A DNA stretch of 64,000 nt from positions 11,781 to 75,780 of the forward strand of contig PSKS01000006.1 in the NCBI GenBank assembly GCA_040289115.1, read 5' to 3'. Made by a program: the position numbers and the translations under genes. Every line of letters starts with the position of its first letter. Within the stretch, counting starts at the first letter, position 1. Under the pieces are notes generated by a model, which was given only the letters and a program-made list of their open reading frames with translations, made no database searches and was not told the DNA's origin. The DNA is from Chloroflexota bacterium (GTDB lineage: Bacteria; Chloroflexota; Dehalococcoidia; JAUQQI01). Below are positions 54,071-63,566 of the stretch, in pieces.

Positions 54071-54816
54071 ATGCCGACGGTCCTGTCCTGTCCGTCACCG
54101 GCCTGCGGGCCGGCTACCTGCCGGAAGTTGATATCCTTCGCGGCATCGACCTGGAGGCCGTGCCCCGAGCCGTCACCACCGTCGTCGGACCCAACGGGGC
54201 CGGGAAATCTACCCTTCTCAAGGCCATTTTCGGCCTGGTACCCGTCCGGGCCGGGGAAATCCGCCTGGACGGGCAGGTCATTACCGGCTGGCCGGCCCAC
54301 CGGTGTAAGCTGGCCGGACTGGCCTATGTGCCCCAGGCTGCCAGCACCTTCCCCCAGCTCACGGTCGAGGAGAACCTTCGCCTTGGGGGCTGGCTTTTGC
54401 GGTCCCAACCCGCCGAGCTTCGCCGGAGGCTTGAGTGGGTTTACGAAACCTTCCCCGTCCTGGCCGACTTACGCCGGGCGCGGGCCACACTGCTCAGCGG
54501 GGGTCAGCTGCGGATGCTGGCCGTTGCCAAGGAGCTGGTCGTGCCCCCCAAAGTTCTACTGGTGGACGAGCCGACCGCCGGCCTTGCCCCCAAGGTGGCG
54601 GCGGAGGTTTACGAACTCCTTTCCCGGCTGGTCGAACTGGGCATTACCATCCTGCTGGTCGACCAGAACGTCATCGAATCGGTAAAAATTGCGTGCAAGT
54701 GTTATCTCATTGCCGAGGGCCGGGTGGTCCGGTCGGAGTCGGGGCGCTGGTTTTTGCAGAACCTGCCGCAGGTGATCCGGGAAATGCTTCAGGGAAGGGC
54801 AGAGGCCACCGCATGA
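54067..54816 (+). CDS. ABC transporter ATP-binding protein (LivF-like)
   Basis: Walker A GPNGAGKSTLLK, LSGGQ, LLVDEP. Confidence 0.8.
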   Translation: MNADGPVLSVTGLRAGYLPEVDILRGIDLEAVPRAVTTVVGPNGAGKSTLLKAIFGLVPVRAGEIRLDGQVITGWPAHRCKLAGLAYVPQAASTFPQLTVEENLRLGGWLLRSQPAELRRRLEWVYETFPVLADLRRARATLLSGGQLRMLAVAKELVVPPKVLLVDEPTAGLAPKVAAEVYELLSRLVELGITILLVDQNVIESVKIACKCYLIAEGRVVRSESGRWFLQNLPQVIREMLQGRAEATA

Positions 54817-55541
54817 GCACGGTGAGCGGCGGCCGCAACGTCTACGGCCTCGGGCTCGGGGTGCTCCTCCTGGAGACCCGCTTTCCGCGAATCCCGGGGG
54901 ACATTGGCAACGCGACCTCCTACCGGGTGCCGGTCCGGTTCAAGGTAGTGCCAGGGGCCATCGTTCCCCGGGTGGTCAATGCCGACCCCGACCCGGCCCT
55001 GGCTGCCGACTTCATCGCCGCCGGCCGGGAGCTGGAGGCCGAGGGCGTACGGGCTATCACCACCAGCTGCGGCTTTATGGTCCTCTTTCAGGATACCATT
55101 GCCCGGGCCCTCTCGGTCCCCTTCTTCGCCTCGTCCTTGCTCCTCCTTCCCTTGGTTTACCGGCTGACCGGCCGGCCCGTGGGCGTCGTCACGGCCAACG
55201 CCCGGGCGCTTAGCCCCAGACACCTGACCGCGGCCTGCGCCGGCCACGAGGTTCCGGTCACCGTTGCGGGCCTGGAAGACTGCTCGGCCTTCCGGTCGGC
55301 TATCCTCGACGACGGCCCGGAGCTGGACCCGGTCCGGGTCGAGGCCGAGGTGGTCCAGACGGCCCTGGGGCTTGTTCGCCAGAACCCGGAAGTTGGGGCG
55401 ATCCTGTTCGAGTGCCACAACTTGCCGCCCTACGCGGGCGCCGTTCAGAAGGCCACCGGCCGGCCGGTCTTTCACATCTTCCACCTGGTCGACCTGGTGC
55501 TGGGCGGCGCGCTGCCGGGCCGGTTTGAAGGCTGGCTTTAA
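54813..55541 (+). CDS. Asp/Glu/hydantoin racemase-superfamily protein
   Basis: 243 aa from the ATG of an ATGA overlap with the LivF-like gene. Resembles the Asp/Glu racemase / arylmalonate decarboxylase / maleate isomerase family. Confidence 0.5.
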   Translation: MSTVSGGRNVYGLGLGVLLLETRFPRIPGDIGNATSYRVPVRFKVVPGAIVPRVVNADPDPALAADFIAAGRELEAEGVRAITTSCGFMVLFQDTIARALSVPFFASSLLLLPLVYRLTGRPVGVVTANARALSPRHLTAACAGHEVPVTVAGLEDCSAFRSAILDDGPELDPVRVEAEVVQTALGLVRQNPEVGAILFECHNLPPYAGAVQKATGRPVFHIFHLVDLVLGGALPGRFEGWL

Positions 55542-55565
55542 AACTTTGGCTGGAGGTGAACGCTG

Positions 55566-56825
55566 ATGGGCTCGGTTTTAAGGCGAACCGGACTTATCGG
55601 GCTTTTGGTAGTTCTGGTCTTCGCGGCCTGCGCCCCGGGCGGGGCCCCCGCCCCTGGCCCCCAGGCCCCAACAGAGGGGCCGCCCGTGAAGATCGGGGTC
55701 CTTACGCCCCTATCCCCACCCGGGGATGCGGCCGCCGGCCAGCTCATCGTCCGGGGCGCCACCCTGGGGGCCGAGTACGTTAACTCCGTGTTGGGTGGGG
55801 TGCTGGGGCCCAAATGCAACGCCCCGACCAGCAAGGTTGAGGTCCTAACGGCCGACGATGCCGGAACGCCCGAGAAGGGCGTGGCCGGCTTCCGCAAACT
55901 GGTGGCCGAGGACAAGGTGGTGGCCGTGGTCGGCCAGTTCCACAGCTCGGTAACCCTGGCCCTGGCGCCGGTGGCCGACCAGCTCCAGGTGCCCCTGTTC
56001 TCAACCCAGTCGTCGGATACCAAGATAACGGCCAACCACTACGCCTTTGTCTTCCAGACCCACACCATCACGGCCGACCGGGCGGCGGCCGTGGCCCAGT
56101 TTATCAAAGAATACGGCTTTAAAAAAGTCGCCATTGTGGCCGAAAATACCGACTACGGCGCCGGCAATACCGACGCCCTCAAGGCCGAGCTGGGCCGGGT
56201 CGCCCCCACGGTGGAAGTTCGGGGCTGGGTCTTCGACCGCCAGACGGCCGACCTAACGCCCCTCCTGTTGCAAGTTAAAGATTTCGGGCCCGACTTGATT
56301 TACAATCTGGGGGTTGGGGCTCCCGCCTATCTCATCGTTAAGCAGGCTAACGACGTCGGCCTTTTGCCCCAGACGCCCATGGTTATCTCTTACGACGTGC
56401 CCATCCGGCCCGAGTTCTGGCAGAACCTCGGGCCCATGGGCAAGGGCATCATTTTCGTCGCCTATTACCACCCCAAGCAGCCGCTCACGGACGCGGGCAA
56501 GTGGATGCAGCAGCAGTACGAGGCCAAGTATCGGGAGCCGGCCCTTTACAGCTCCTTTGCCGCCTTCGGCAACGTCATCATCGTCGCCCAGGCTATAAAT
56601 CAAGCCTGCTCCACCAAGGGGCCCGATATCGCAAAGGCCCTGGAGACCGGCCGGTTTAAGTCCTGGAACCTCGATTCGGCCGGCTTCCCGAAGGCCGAAG
56701 GGGCCGACTGGCACCGGGTTAAGCAGCCTTTGCTTCTCCTCCAATACACGGCCGTCAACCAGCCCTTCGACCAGGCTACCATCCTTTTCCCGCCTGAGAT
56801 GAAAACGGGCACCCTTCAGCGCTAA
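55566..56825 (+). CDS. ABC transporter substrate-binding lipoprotein (branched-chain amino acid type, LivJ/K-like)
   Basis: Lipoprotein signal LLVVLVFAAC, periplasmic-binding-protein type I fold, 419 aa. Confidence 0.8.
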   Translation: MGSVLRRTGLIGLLVVLVFAACAPGGAPAPGPQAPTEGPPVKIGVLTPLSPPGDAAAGQLIVRGATLGAEYVNSVLGGVLGPKCNAPTSKVEVLTADDAGTPEKGVAGFRKLVAEDKVVAVVGQFHSSVTLALAPVADQLQVPLFSTQSSDTKITANHYAFVFQTHTITADRAAAVAQFIKEYGFKKVAIVAENTDYGAGNTDALKAELGRVAPTVEVRGWVFDRQTADLTPLLLQVKDFGPDLIYNLGVGAPAYLIVKQANDVGLLPQTPMVISYDVPIRPEFWQNLGPMGKGIIFVAYYHPKQPLTDAGKWMQQQYEAKYREPALYSSFAAFGNVIIVAQAINQACSTKGPDIAKALETGRFKSWNLDSAGFPKAEGADWHRVKQPLLLLQYTAVNQPFDQATILFPPEMKTGTLQR

Positions 56826-56831
56826 GGGGTC

Positions 56832-57716
56832 ATGGGCCAGCTTCCGCAGGTGGTTGTAGCCGGCCTGATGATGGGGGCCCTCTACGCCCTGATGGCCGTG
56901 GGGATCACGTTTATCTACAGCCTGATGAAGATGATCAACTGGGGCATGGGCGAGTTTTACATGCTGGGAAGCTACGCCCAGCTCGTGCTGATAACCCTCC
57001 TGCTTGGCCCCAGCCTCTGGTTCCTGGGCGTCCCCCTCGCCATGGTTGGGGTTTTCCTGCTGGGCCTGGCCATCCAGAAGGGCCTGCTGGCCCCCATGTT
57101 CGGGCCGGAGGCGGAGCGCCGGGACGAGTACGCCACCATCGTCACCATCGCCCTGTCCGTTCTGATTCAGAACCTGGTCACCATCCTGGCCGGGCCCTAC
57201 CAGTGGTCGCCACCGGAATACCTGCCGCTGGTAACCATCGGGGGCATATCGGTTAACGGCAGCCGGTTGGCTGCCGCCGCCGGGGCCCTCGTCATTCTGG
57301 GGGCCTTTTACTTCCTCGTACGCCGGACCTGGCTTGGGCTGGCCTTCCTGGGGGCGGCCCAGAACCGGGTGGGGGCGGAGGTGGCGGGGGTCGACGTCCG
57401 GCGGCTGGATGGCCTGGCGTTTGGGATTGGGGTCGCCTTGGCCGCGGCCGCCGGGGCGCTCCTGGCCCCGGTATTCCTGGTCTATCCCACCAATGGGGCC
57501 GTAAGTACCGTAAAGGGCTTTGAAATCATCGTGATCGGTGGCCTCGGATCCCTGACGGGCAGTGTGGTGGCCGCGTTCCTCCTAGGGTTGGTGGAAAGTT
57601 TCGGGTCCGTCTTTATATCCCCCGCCTACCAGGACCTTTACGGATTTGTCTTCCTAATTGCCATGCTTTTCCTGCGGCCCCAGGGCCTATTCGGCGAGCG
57701 GGAGCGGCGGGTCTAA
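56832..57716 (+). CDS. branched-chain-amino-acid-type ABC permease (LivH-like)
   Basis: 294 aa polytopic membrane protein with LivH-like composition. Confidence 0.8.
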   Translation: MGQLPQVVVAGLMMGALYALMAVGITFIYSLMKMINWGMGEFYMLGSYAQLVLITLLLGPSLWFLGVPLAMVGVFLLGLAIQKGLLAPMFGPEAERRDEYATIVTIALSVLIQNLVTILAGPYQWSPPEYLPLVTIGGISVNGSRLAAAAGALVILGAFYFLVRRTWLGLAFLGAAQNRVGAEVAGVDVRRLDGLAFGIGVALAAAAGALLAPVFLVYPTNGAVSTVKGFEIIVIGGLGSLTGSVVAAFLLGLVESFGSVFISPAYQDLYGFVFLIAMLFLRPQGLFGERERRV

Positions 57717-57717
57717 G

Positions 57718-58719
57718 GTGGGCGAGCTTCGGGAGGTGGGGACCGCACCGGTGCCTGGACCTGCCGCCGCCCTAATCGGCCGTATCGGGCCGGCGGCCCG
57801 GCGGAGTTGGGTGGTCCTGCCGGCTGCCCTCGCCCTGGCGGCTCCCCTCTTGTTGAGTTCATACGGCGTCCACGTCGCGATTGTCGCCCTCTATTACGCC
57901 GTCCTGGGCGCCTCCTGGAACCTGGTCGCCGGCTACACCGGCCAATTCTCCCTGGCCCACCACGCCTTTGCCGGCCTTGGGGCCTACGCCTCGGCTGGAG
58001 CAGTGCTAGCTCTGGGGTTCCCCGTCTGGGCCGGTATCGTGGTGGGCACTCTGGCCGCGGCCCTGAGCGGCTACCTACTGGGCGGCCTAACCCTCCGGAT
58101 GCGGGGAATCTATTTGGCCATCACCACCTGGGCCTTTGCCGAATCCTTCCGGATTCTCCTCGCGGTGAACTACCAGGTAACCCGGGGTGATATGGGGCTC
58201 ATCGTGCCCCTGCTCATGGGGACCCTCGACCCGGTTCCCAACTATTACGTGTTTGTCGGCCTCACGGCCGGGGTGCTGCTTCTTTCGGCCGCGGTGTTAA
58301 GGTCCAAGGTCGGCCTGCGCATTCGGGCCATCCGGGATGACGAGGAGGCGGCCGCCGTGCGGGGCATTGATGTGGTGCGCTGGAAGAAGTTCGTCTTCAC
58401 CCTGAGTGCCGCCATCGCCGGCCTGACTGGAGCCGTCTACGGCCACTATATCGGCCTGCTCGCCCCATCCCAAGTTCGGTTTACCGAGATGGCCTTCATC
58501 ATCATCTCGGTTGTCCTGGGCGGATTTCGGTCCTTCTGGGGACCGGTGGTAGGGGCGGTGGTGGCCGAGGGCCTGGCCGAGGCTCTGCGCCTTTCCGGGG
58601 AGGTCCGGATGGTGCTGTTCGGGTTCTTCGTTATCGTGCTGATGCGGGCCTACCCGGCCGGTCTTGTCGGACTGGTCGCGGCCCTGGGCCAGAGGCTCGG
58701 CCCCCGGCCCAAACCCTAA
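57718..58719 (+). CDS. branched-chain-amino-acid-type ABC permease (LivM-like)
   Basis: GTG start 2 nt after the LivH stop. Polytopic membrane protein. Confidence 0.75.
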   Translation: MGELREVGTAPVPGPAAALIGRIGPAARRSWVVLPAALALAAPLLLSSYGVHVAIVALYYAVLGASWNLVAGYTGQFSLAHHAFAGLGAYASAGAVLALGFPVWAGIVVGTLAAALSGYLLGGLTLRMRGIYLAITTWAFAESFRILLAVNYQVTRGDMGLIVPLLMGTLDPVPNYYVFVGLTAGVLLLSAAVLRSKVGLRIRAIRDDEEAAAVRGIDVVRWKKFVFTLSAAIAGLTGAVYGHYIGLLAPSQVRFTEMAFIIISVVLGGFRSFWGPVVGAVVAEGLAEALRLSGEVRMVLFGFFVIVLMRAYPAGLVGLVAALGQRLGPRPKP

Positions 58720-61481
58720 CGGGGACCCGTTTCTTCGACCAGGCGGTTGAGGATGGCCTCTAGGTTTTTAAGGGCCTCGCCGTAGCCGGCCCAGTCCCCC
58801 TGACGCAGCCTTTCCAGGGCCCGGTCGTAGGCCTCCTTGGCCTGCCGAGCCAGGTCGGCCACCGTCCGGGTGGCCGTCGGCGGGCTCGGGCCTGGGGGCT
58901 GGGTTGGGATGGGCAGGCCGACCACCCGGGCCAGGGCCTCGTCCAGGGTCACCTCCATCGCCAGCCGGTCCCCCACCGCCACCACCACCCGCTTAAGCTC
59001 CGGAATCTGACCCCGCTCGGCCTGCAGGTAAATCGGCTCCACGTAGATCACGGACCGGTTTATGGGGATCACCAGCATGTTCCCTCGGATGACGTCCGAG
59101 CCGGCCTGGCTCCAGAGGGTGAACTGGGCTGAAATCTGCGGGTCCTGGTCGATTCGGGCCCCGACCTGGATGGGCCCGAAAACCAGCTTCTCTTTCGAAA
59201 ATTTATAAACCACCATGTCCCCGTAGGCCGGGGCATCGGAGCGGGCCGCAAGCCAGGCGATCATGTTGGGCCGCCGGGCGGCCACAAAGGGCTGCATTAA
59301 GATAAACTCTTCCTGGGCCTCCCCGGGGAGCCGCATGATCACATAATAGGGCTGGACATCCACCACCTCACGCCGGGGGCCGAAAAGCTCCTTCGGAATC
59401 TCCCAGAGGTCCTCCCGGTTGTAAAAGACCGTCGGGTCCGTCATGTGGTAAAGCCGGTAAAGCTCGGCCTGGGCCCGAAATAGGTCCTCGGGATACCGGA
59501 AGTGACGGCGGATGCTTTCCGGGGCCCGGTCCGCCGGGACGAAGAGCTCCGGAAAGACCTTCCGGTAAACCCGGATCAGCGGGTCCTGGGGGTCGAAGAC
59601 GTAGAGGGTGACCGTTCCGTCGTAGGCGTCCACTACGGCCTTAACCGAATTCCGAATGTAGTTAAAGCTGGCCGTTCGGGTCCGGTACAGCTGGGCGTGG
59701 GGGAAGTAACCGCTGGTGGTGTAGCCGTCCACGACCCAGACCAGGCGGCCGTCGGCGATAACGATATACGGGTCGGAATCGAAAGTCAGAAACGGGGCGA
59801 TGGTTTCAAGCCGCTCCCGGATGTTTCGGCGGAAAAGCACCCGGCTCTGGTCGGTTATGAAGTTGCTCAGGAGGATGTTCGGGTCGCCGAAAAACCAGGC
59901 AAAGGCCGCCCGTCGGACCCAGGAGTCCAGCCGAATACCCCCGCGGCCAGCGTACTCGGAATAGACGTTTTCGTCGCCCCGGGGGTAATCAAATTCGGCC
60001 GCCAGGGTGTTGACGATTACGTAGTTGCGGGTACGCTCCCCGTGGTAGATCTCCGGCCGCGCCACGGGGATTAGCCCCGAAGGCGGTATGTCCTTGATAA
60101 AGAACCGGGGCAGACCTTCCGGCCCCGCCTCGTTCACCGGGCTCATAACCACCCCGTAGCCGTGTGTGAAAACCAGGTGCCGGTTTTGCCAGGTGTTGGC
60201 CTCGGCCGGCAGCTGGTCGGAAAGCTCCCGGGCCGAAATGAGCACCTGCCGGTACCTTCCCCCGACCACGTAGCGGTCGATGTCGACATCGACGAACTCA
60301 TAGTAGGGGCGGATGCTCTGGAGCTGCTGGTAAACCGTCAGGGTCGGCCGCCAGTCCCACAGCCGGACGTTCTCCAGGGTGGCCCGGTTCTGCTGGACCT
60401 TTTCGGGGGTGAGCTGCTCGTCGGTCTCGTAGGGGACCTCCCGGATGCGGTCAAGGCCGAAGGCCAGCCGGGTCATCCGGATGGTGTTCTCGATATACGG
60501 CCGCTCCTTGGCCAGCTCGGTGGGCCGCACCTCGAACTGCTGGACCAGGCTTGGGATGATGGCCCCGCCGACGACGGCGGCCACTACCCACACCCCCACC
60601 CCAATGGTCGCCGGCTTAAGCCCAACGAAGGGAACGGCAAAGAGGCTTAAGGCCAGGAGGATGCTGAGGACCGTAAGTACCCGGAAGGCCGGAAGCTGGG
60701 CGTTGACGTCGGCGTAGCTGGCTCCGGGCACCACCCCCCGGGTGGAGTATACAACCTCATAGCCTAAGACCACGTAGTTGGCGGCCAGGGTCAGGGCCAG
60801 AAAGCCCCCAAGGAAGGCCAGGTGGGCCACCACCGCCCCCGGAACCACCACCTTCCCCGTCCACCCCTCCTCGGCCGAGAGGTTGATAAGGTAATAAATC
60901 CCGGTGCCGATCAGGCTGATGATAAAGAGGGCAAGGAAGGCCGAGACCACAAACCGGAGGAGGGGCAGGGTGAAGAGATAAAAGCCAACCTCCTGGCCCA
61001 GGATCGGCTCCGTCAGGCCGAAGGGTTCGGCGTTGAGCCACTGCAGAAAGGTGAGCCAGCGGCCGGCGGCCAGACCCCCAAAGATGAGGCTCCCACCGGC
61101 CACCATCCCCAGGACCACCGGTCGGGGTATGACCGGGCCGGCTACCTCCCGAAAAACGGCCCCAAAGCCGGGCCGCCGGGCCACGATTCGGGCGGCCACC
61201 AACAGGTTCGCCCCGAAGACGGCCACGGCCACCAGGGTACCCCCGAGGAAGGCCATGGCCTGGGCCGAGACCCGGGTTAGGTAGGCCGAGACGAAACCTA
61301 AAGAGTCGAACCAAAGGTACTCAACGTAAAGTTCGGTGGCGATAACCCCGAGGGCAAAGAGGGCGGCCAGTCCGAAACCAGCCCAAAGCACCAGTCCCAC
61401 CCCACAGCCCGACTGACGCCGGGGCCGCCGGCCCCTGGCCAGCCGATCCCAATCGATTTCGGCGAAGGGGTCCCTGGCCAC
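58716..61481 (-). CDS. UPF0182-family large membrane protein
   Basis: Roughly 920-950 aa with an N-terminal multi-TM region and a large extracytoplasmic domain, as in the UPF0182 (COG1615) family. Start is uncertain: the listed ORF (to 61589) overlaps argB, and GTG 61481 is plausible. Confidence 0.6.
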   Translation of the reverse strand: MARDPFAEIDWDRLARGRRPRRQSGCGVGLVLWAGFGLAALFALGVIATELYVEYLWFDSLGFVSAYLTRVSAQAMAFLGGTLVAVAVFGANLLVAARIVARRPGFGAVFREVAGPVIPRPVVLGMVAGGSLIFGGLAAGRWLTFLQWLNAEPFGLTEPILGQEVGFYLFTLPLLRFVVSAFLALFIISLIGTGIYYLINLSAEEGWTGKVVVPGAVVAHLAFLGGFLALTLAANYVVLGYEVVYSTRGVVPGASYADVNAQLPAFRVLTVLSILLALSLFAVPFVGLKPATIGVGVWVVAAVVGGAIIPSLVQQFEVRPTELAKERPYIENTIRMTRLAFGLDRIREVPYETDEQLTPEKVQQNRATLENVRLWDWRPTLTVYQQLQSIRPYYEFVDVDIDRYVVGGRYRQVLISARELSDQLPAEANTWQNRHLVFTHGYGVVMSPVNEAGPEGLPRFFIKDIPPSGLIPVARPEIYHGERTRNYVIVNTLAAEFDYPRGDENVYSEYAGRGGIRLDSWVRRAAFAWFFGDPNILLSNFITDQSRVLFRRNIRERLETIAPFLTFDSDPYIVIADGRLVWVVDGYTTSGYFPHAQLYRTRTASFNYIRNSVKAVVDAYDGTVTLYVFDPQDPLIRVYRKVFPELFVPADRAPESIRRHFRYPEDLFRAQAELYRLYHMTDPTVFYNREDLWEIPKELFGPRREVVDVQPYYVIMRLPGEAQEEFILMQPFVAARRPNMIAWLAARSDAPAYGDMVVYKFSKEKLVFGPIQVGARIDQDPQISAQFTLWSQAGSDVIRGNMLVIPINRSVIYVEPIYLQAERGQIPELKRVVVAVGDRLAMEVTLDEALARVVGLPIPTQPPGPSPPTATRTVADLARQAKEAYDRALERLRQGDWAGYGEALKNLEAILNRLVEETGPR

Positions 61482-61512
61482 ACCAATCTCTCTTTGCCGG
61501 CGTTCCGGGCCG

Positions 61513-62313
61513 TCAGCCGGACCGGAAAACGGTGCCCGCCACGCCCTCCCCGCTGAACAGCCGGCGCAAACTGCCGGGGACGGCCCCATCCACCACCCAG
61601 GCCGTGCCCCCGGCCGCCACCGCCCGGAGGCAGGCCCCGACCTTCGGGATCATCCCCCCGCTGGCCACCCCACCCTCCACCAGGGCCATCGCCTGGGCCG
61701 GCGTGAGCTCTGGCACCGTCCGGCCCGCGCCGTCCAGGACCCCCGGGGTATCGGTGAGGAGAACCAGGTCAGCCCCGAGGGCGGCCGCCAGTTCCCCGGC
61801 CACCGTGTCAGCGTTGAGGTTAAGACAGACCGGCCGAAAGCCGCCAGCAGTAGGCTCCAGGTAAAGGCCAATGGGGGCCACCACCGGCAGGTAGCCGGCC
61901 CCAAGCAGCCGGTCGAGAAGGCCCAAGTCGATCCCTTGCACCCGGCCCACCAGCCCCAGCTCCGGGTCGGCCGGGCTGGCCCGGATAAGCCCGCCGTCCA
62001 CCCCTGCCAGACCCACAGCCTTCACTCCCAGGGCCTGTAGGCTGGCTACCAGCTGCTTGTTCACCAGGCCGGCCAGGACGGCCATTGCGACTTCCAGGCT
62101 GGGGCCGTCGGTGACCCGAAGTCCCCGAACGAAGCGGGGCTCCAGCCCGAGGCGCCGCTGCCAGTCGCTGATGAGGGGACCGCCCCCGTGGACCAGGACG
62201 AGCCGGACGGGCTGATGCCCGAGCCAGGCCAGGTCGGCCAGGGTGGTATCCTCCGCGCCCAGGGTGCTGCCGCCGACCTTTATCACCAGCGGCCGGGTGC
62301 CAGGGCTAACCAT
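61513..62313 (-). CDS. argB: acetylglutamate kinase
   Basis: VIKVGGS...LVHGGGP..., amino-acid-kinase fold, 266 aa. Confidence 0.9.
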   Translation of the reverse strand: MVSPGTRPLVIKVGGSTLGAEDTTLADLAWLGHQPVRLVLVHGGGPLISDWQRRLGLEPRFVRGLRVTDGPSLEVAMAVLAGLVNKQLVASLQALGVKAVGLAGVDGGLIRASPADPELGLVGRVQGIDLGLLDRLLGAGYLPVVAPIGLYLEPTAGGFRPVCLNLNADTVAGELAAALGADLVLLTDTPGVLDGAGRTVPELTPAQAMALVEGGVASGGMIPKVGACLRAVAAGGTAWVVDGAVPGSLRRLFSGEGVAGTVFRSG

Positions 62314-62326
62314 CTAAGACCTGCCC

Positions 62327-63550
62327 CTACGTAGTATACACGCTGTTGAGGCGAACATATTCCTCGGTAAGGTCCGAAGACCAGGCGGTGGCCTGGTAAG
62401 GCCCCAGGTTAAGGTCCACGGTAATCTCCACCTCGGCCAAAGCCAGGTACCTGCGGGCGGCCTCCCGGTCGAAGGGGACCGGCCGACCTTCCTGGAAGAG
62501 GGTGAACTCCCCCAGCCTGATGACCAGGCGGCCCTCGTCGACGTCTGCGCCGCTGGCCCCAAGGGCGGCCACCACCCGACCCCAGTTGGGGTCCCGGCCG
62601 TGAATGGCAGCCTTTAAGGACACCGAGCTGGCAACGGCCCGGGAAGCCTGCCGGGCTTGGGCCAAGGAGGTGGCACCCCGCACCGTTACCTGAATCAGGT
62701 GCTGGGCCCCCTCCCCATCCCGCACGATCTCCTTCGCCAGGCAAAGGCACACTTCCCCCAAGGCGGCCCGAAAGGCCCCGGCCAGGGGGTTGTCGGGGCC
62801 GACCGGTCCTAACCCCGACCGCCCATTGGCCAGCAAAAAGACCGTGTCGCTGGTGCTCATGTCCCCGTCAACGTCGATCTGGTTGAAGGTTACCGCCACG
62901 GCCTCCCGGAGGCACCCCTGTAAGAAGGCTGGCTCCACGGCCAGGTCGGTGGTTATGAAGGCGAGCATGGTGGCCATGTTGGGGTGGATCATCCCGGCCC
63001 CCTTGGCCGCCCCCCCGATCCGGAAGCTGCCGGCGCCGGTCCAGACCTCGAAGGCCACCTCTTTGGTTCGGGAATCGGTGGTGGTGATGGCCTTAGCAAA
63101 GTCGGCCCCGCCTTCCCGGGTCAACCTGATGGCGGGGACGGCCGCCCGGATCCGGTCCATCGGAAGCTGGGTGCCGATTACGCCGGTGCTGGCGACCAGC
63201 ACCTCCATCGGGTCGATGCCCAGCTTCTGGGCGGCCAGCTGGGTCATCTCCAGGGCGTTGTGAAGGCCCTCTTCGCCGGTGGCCACGTTAGCGCAGCCAC
63301 TGTTGACGATGACGGCCCGCACCGGCCGGCCAATCCTGGCCCGGGAAACCTTGACGGGCTGGCCCGGAATCCGGCTGGTGGTGAAGGTCCCGGCCGAATC
63401 GGCCTGGGCCTCGCTGTAAAGCAGGCCCAAGTCTAGCTTAAAGGCCGCATGCTCCCCTTTAATGCCGGCGTAAGTGGCCCCGGCCAGAAAGCCGGCGGCC
63501 GCCGTTACCCCCCACCCCGGCAACCTTTCGAGCCTGAACGTTTCAGTCAT
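62327..63550 (-). CDS. argJ: bifunctional glutamate N-acetyltransferase / amino-acid acetyltransferase
   Basis: ArgJ pattern including the autoproteolytic ATML site (...PNMATMLAFITTD...), 407 aa. Confidence 0.9.
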   Translation of the reverse strand: MTETFRLERLPGWGVTAAAGFLAGATYAGIKGEHAAFKLDLGLLYSEAQADSAGTFTTSRIPGQPVKVSRARIGRPVRAVIVNSGCANVATGEEGLHNALEMTQLAAQKLGIDPMEVLVASTGVIGTQLPMDRIRAAVPAIRLTREGGADFAKAITTTDSRTKEVAFEVWTGAGSFRIGGAAKGAGMIHPNMATMLAFITTDLAVEPAFLQGCLREAVAVTFNQIDVDGDMSTSDTVFLLANGRSGLGPVGPDNPLAGAFRAALGEVCLCLAKEIVRDGEGAQHLIQVTVRGATSLAQARQASRAVASSVSLKAAIHGRDPNWGRVVAALGASGADVDEGRLVIRLGEFTLFQEGRPVPFDREAARRYLALAEVEITVDLNLGPYQATAWSSDLTEEYVRLNSVYTT

Positions 63551-63566
63551 GGCTTCCTCCAGTCTT

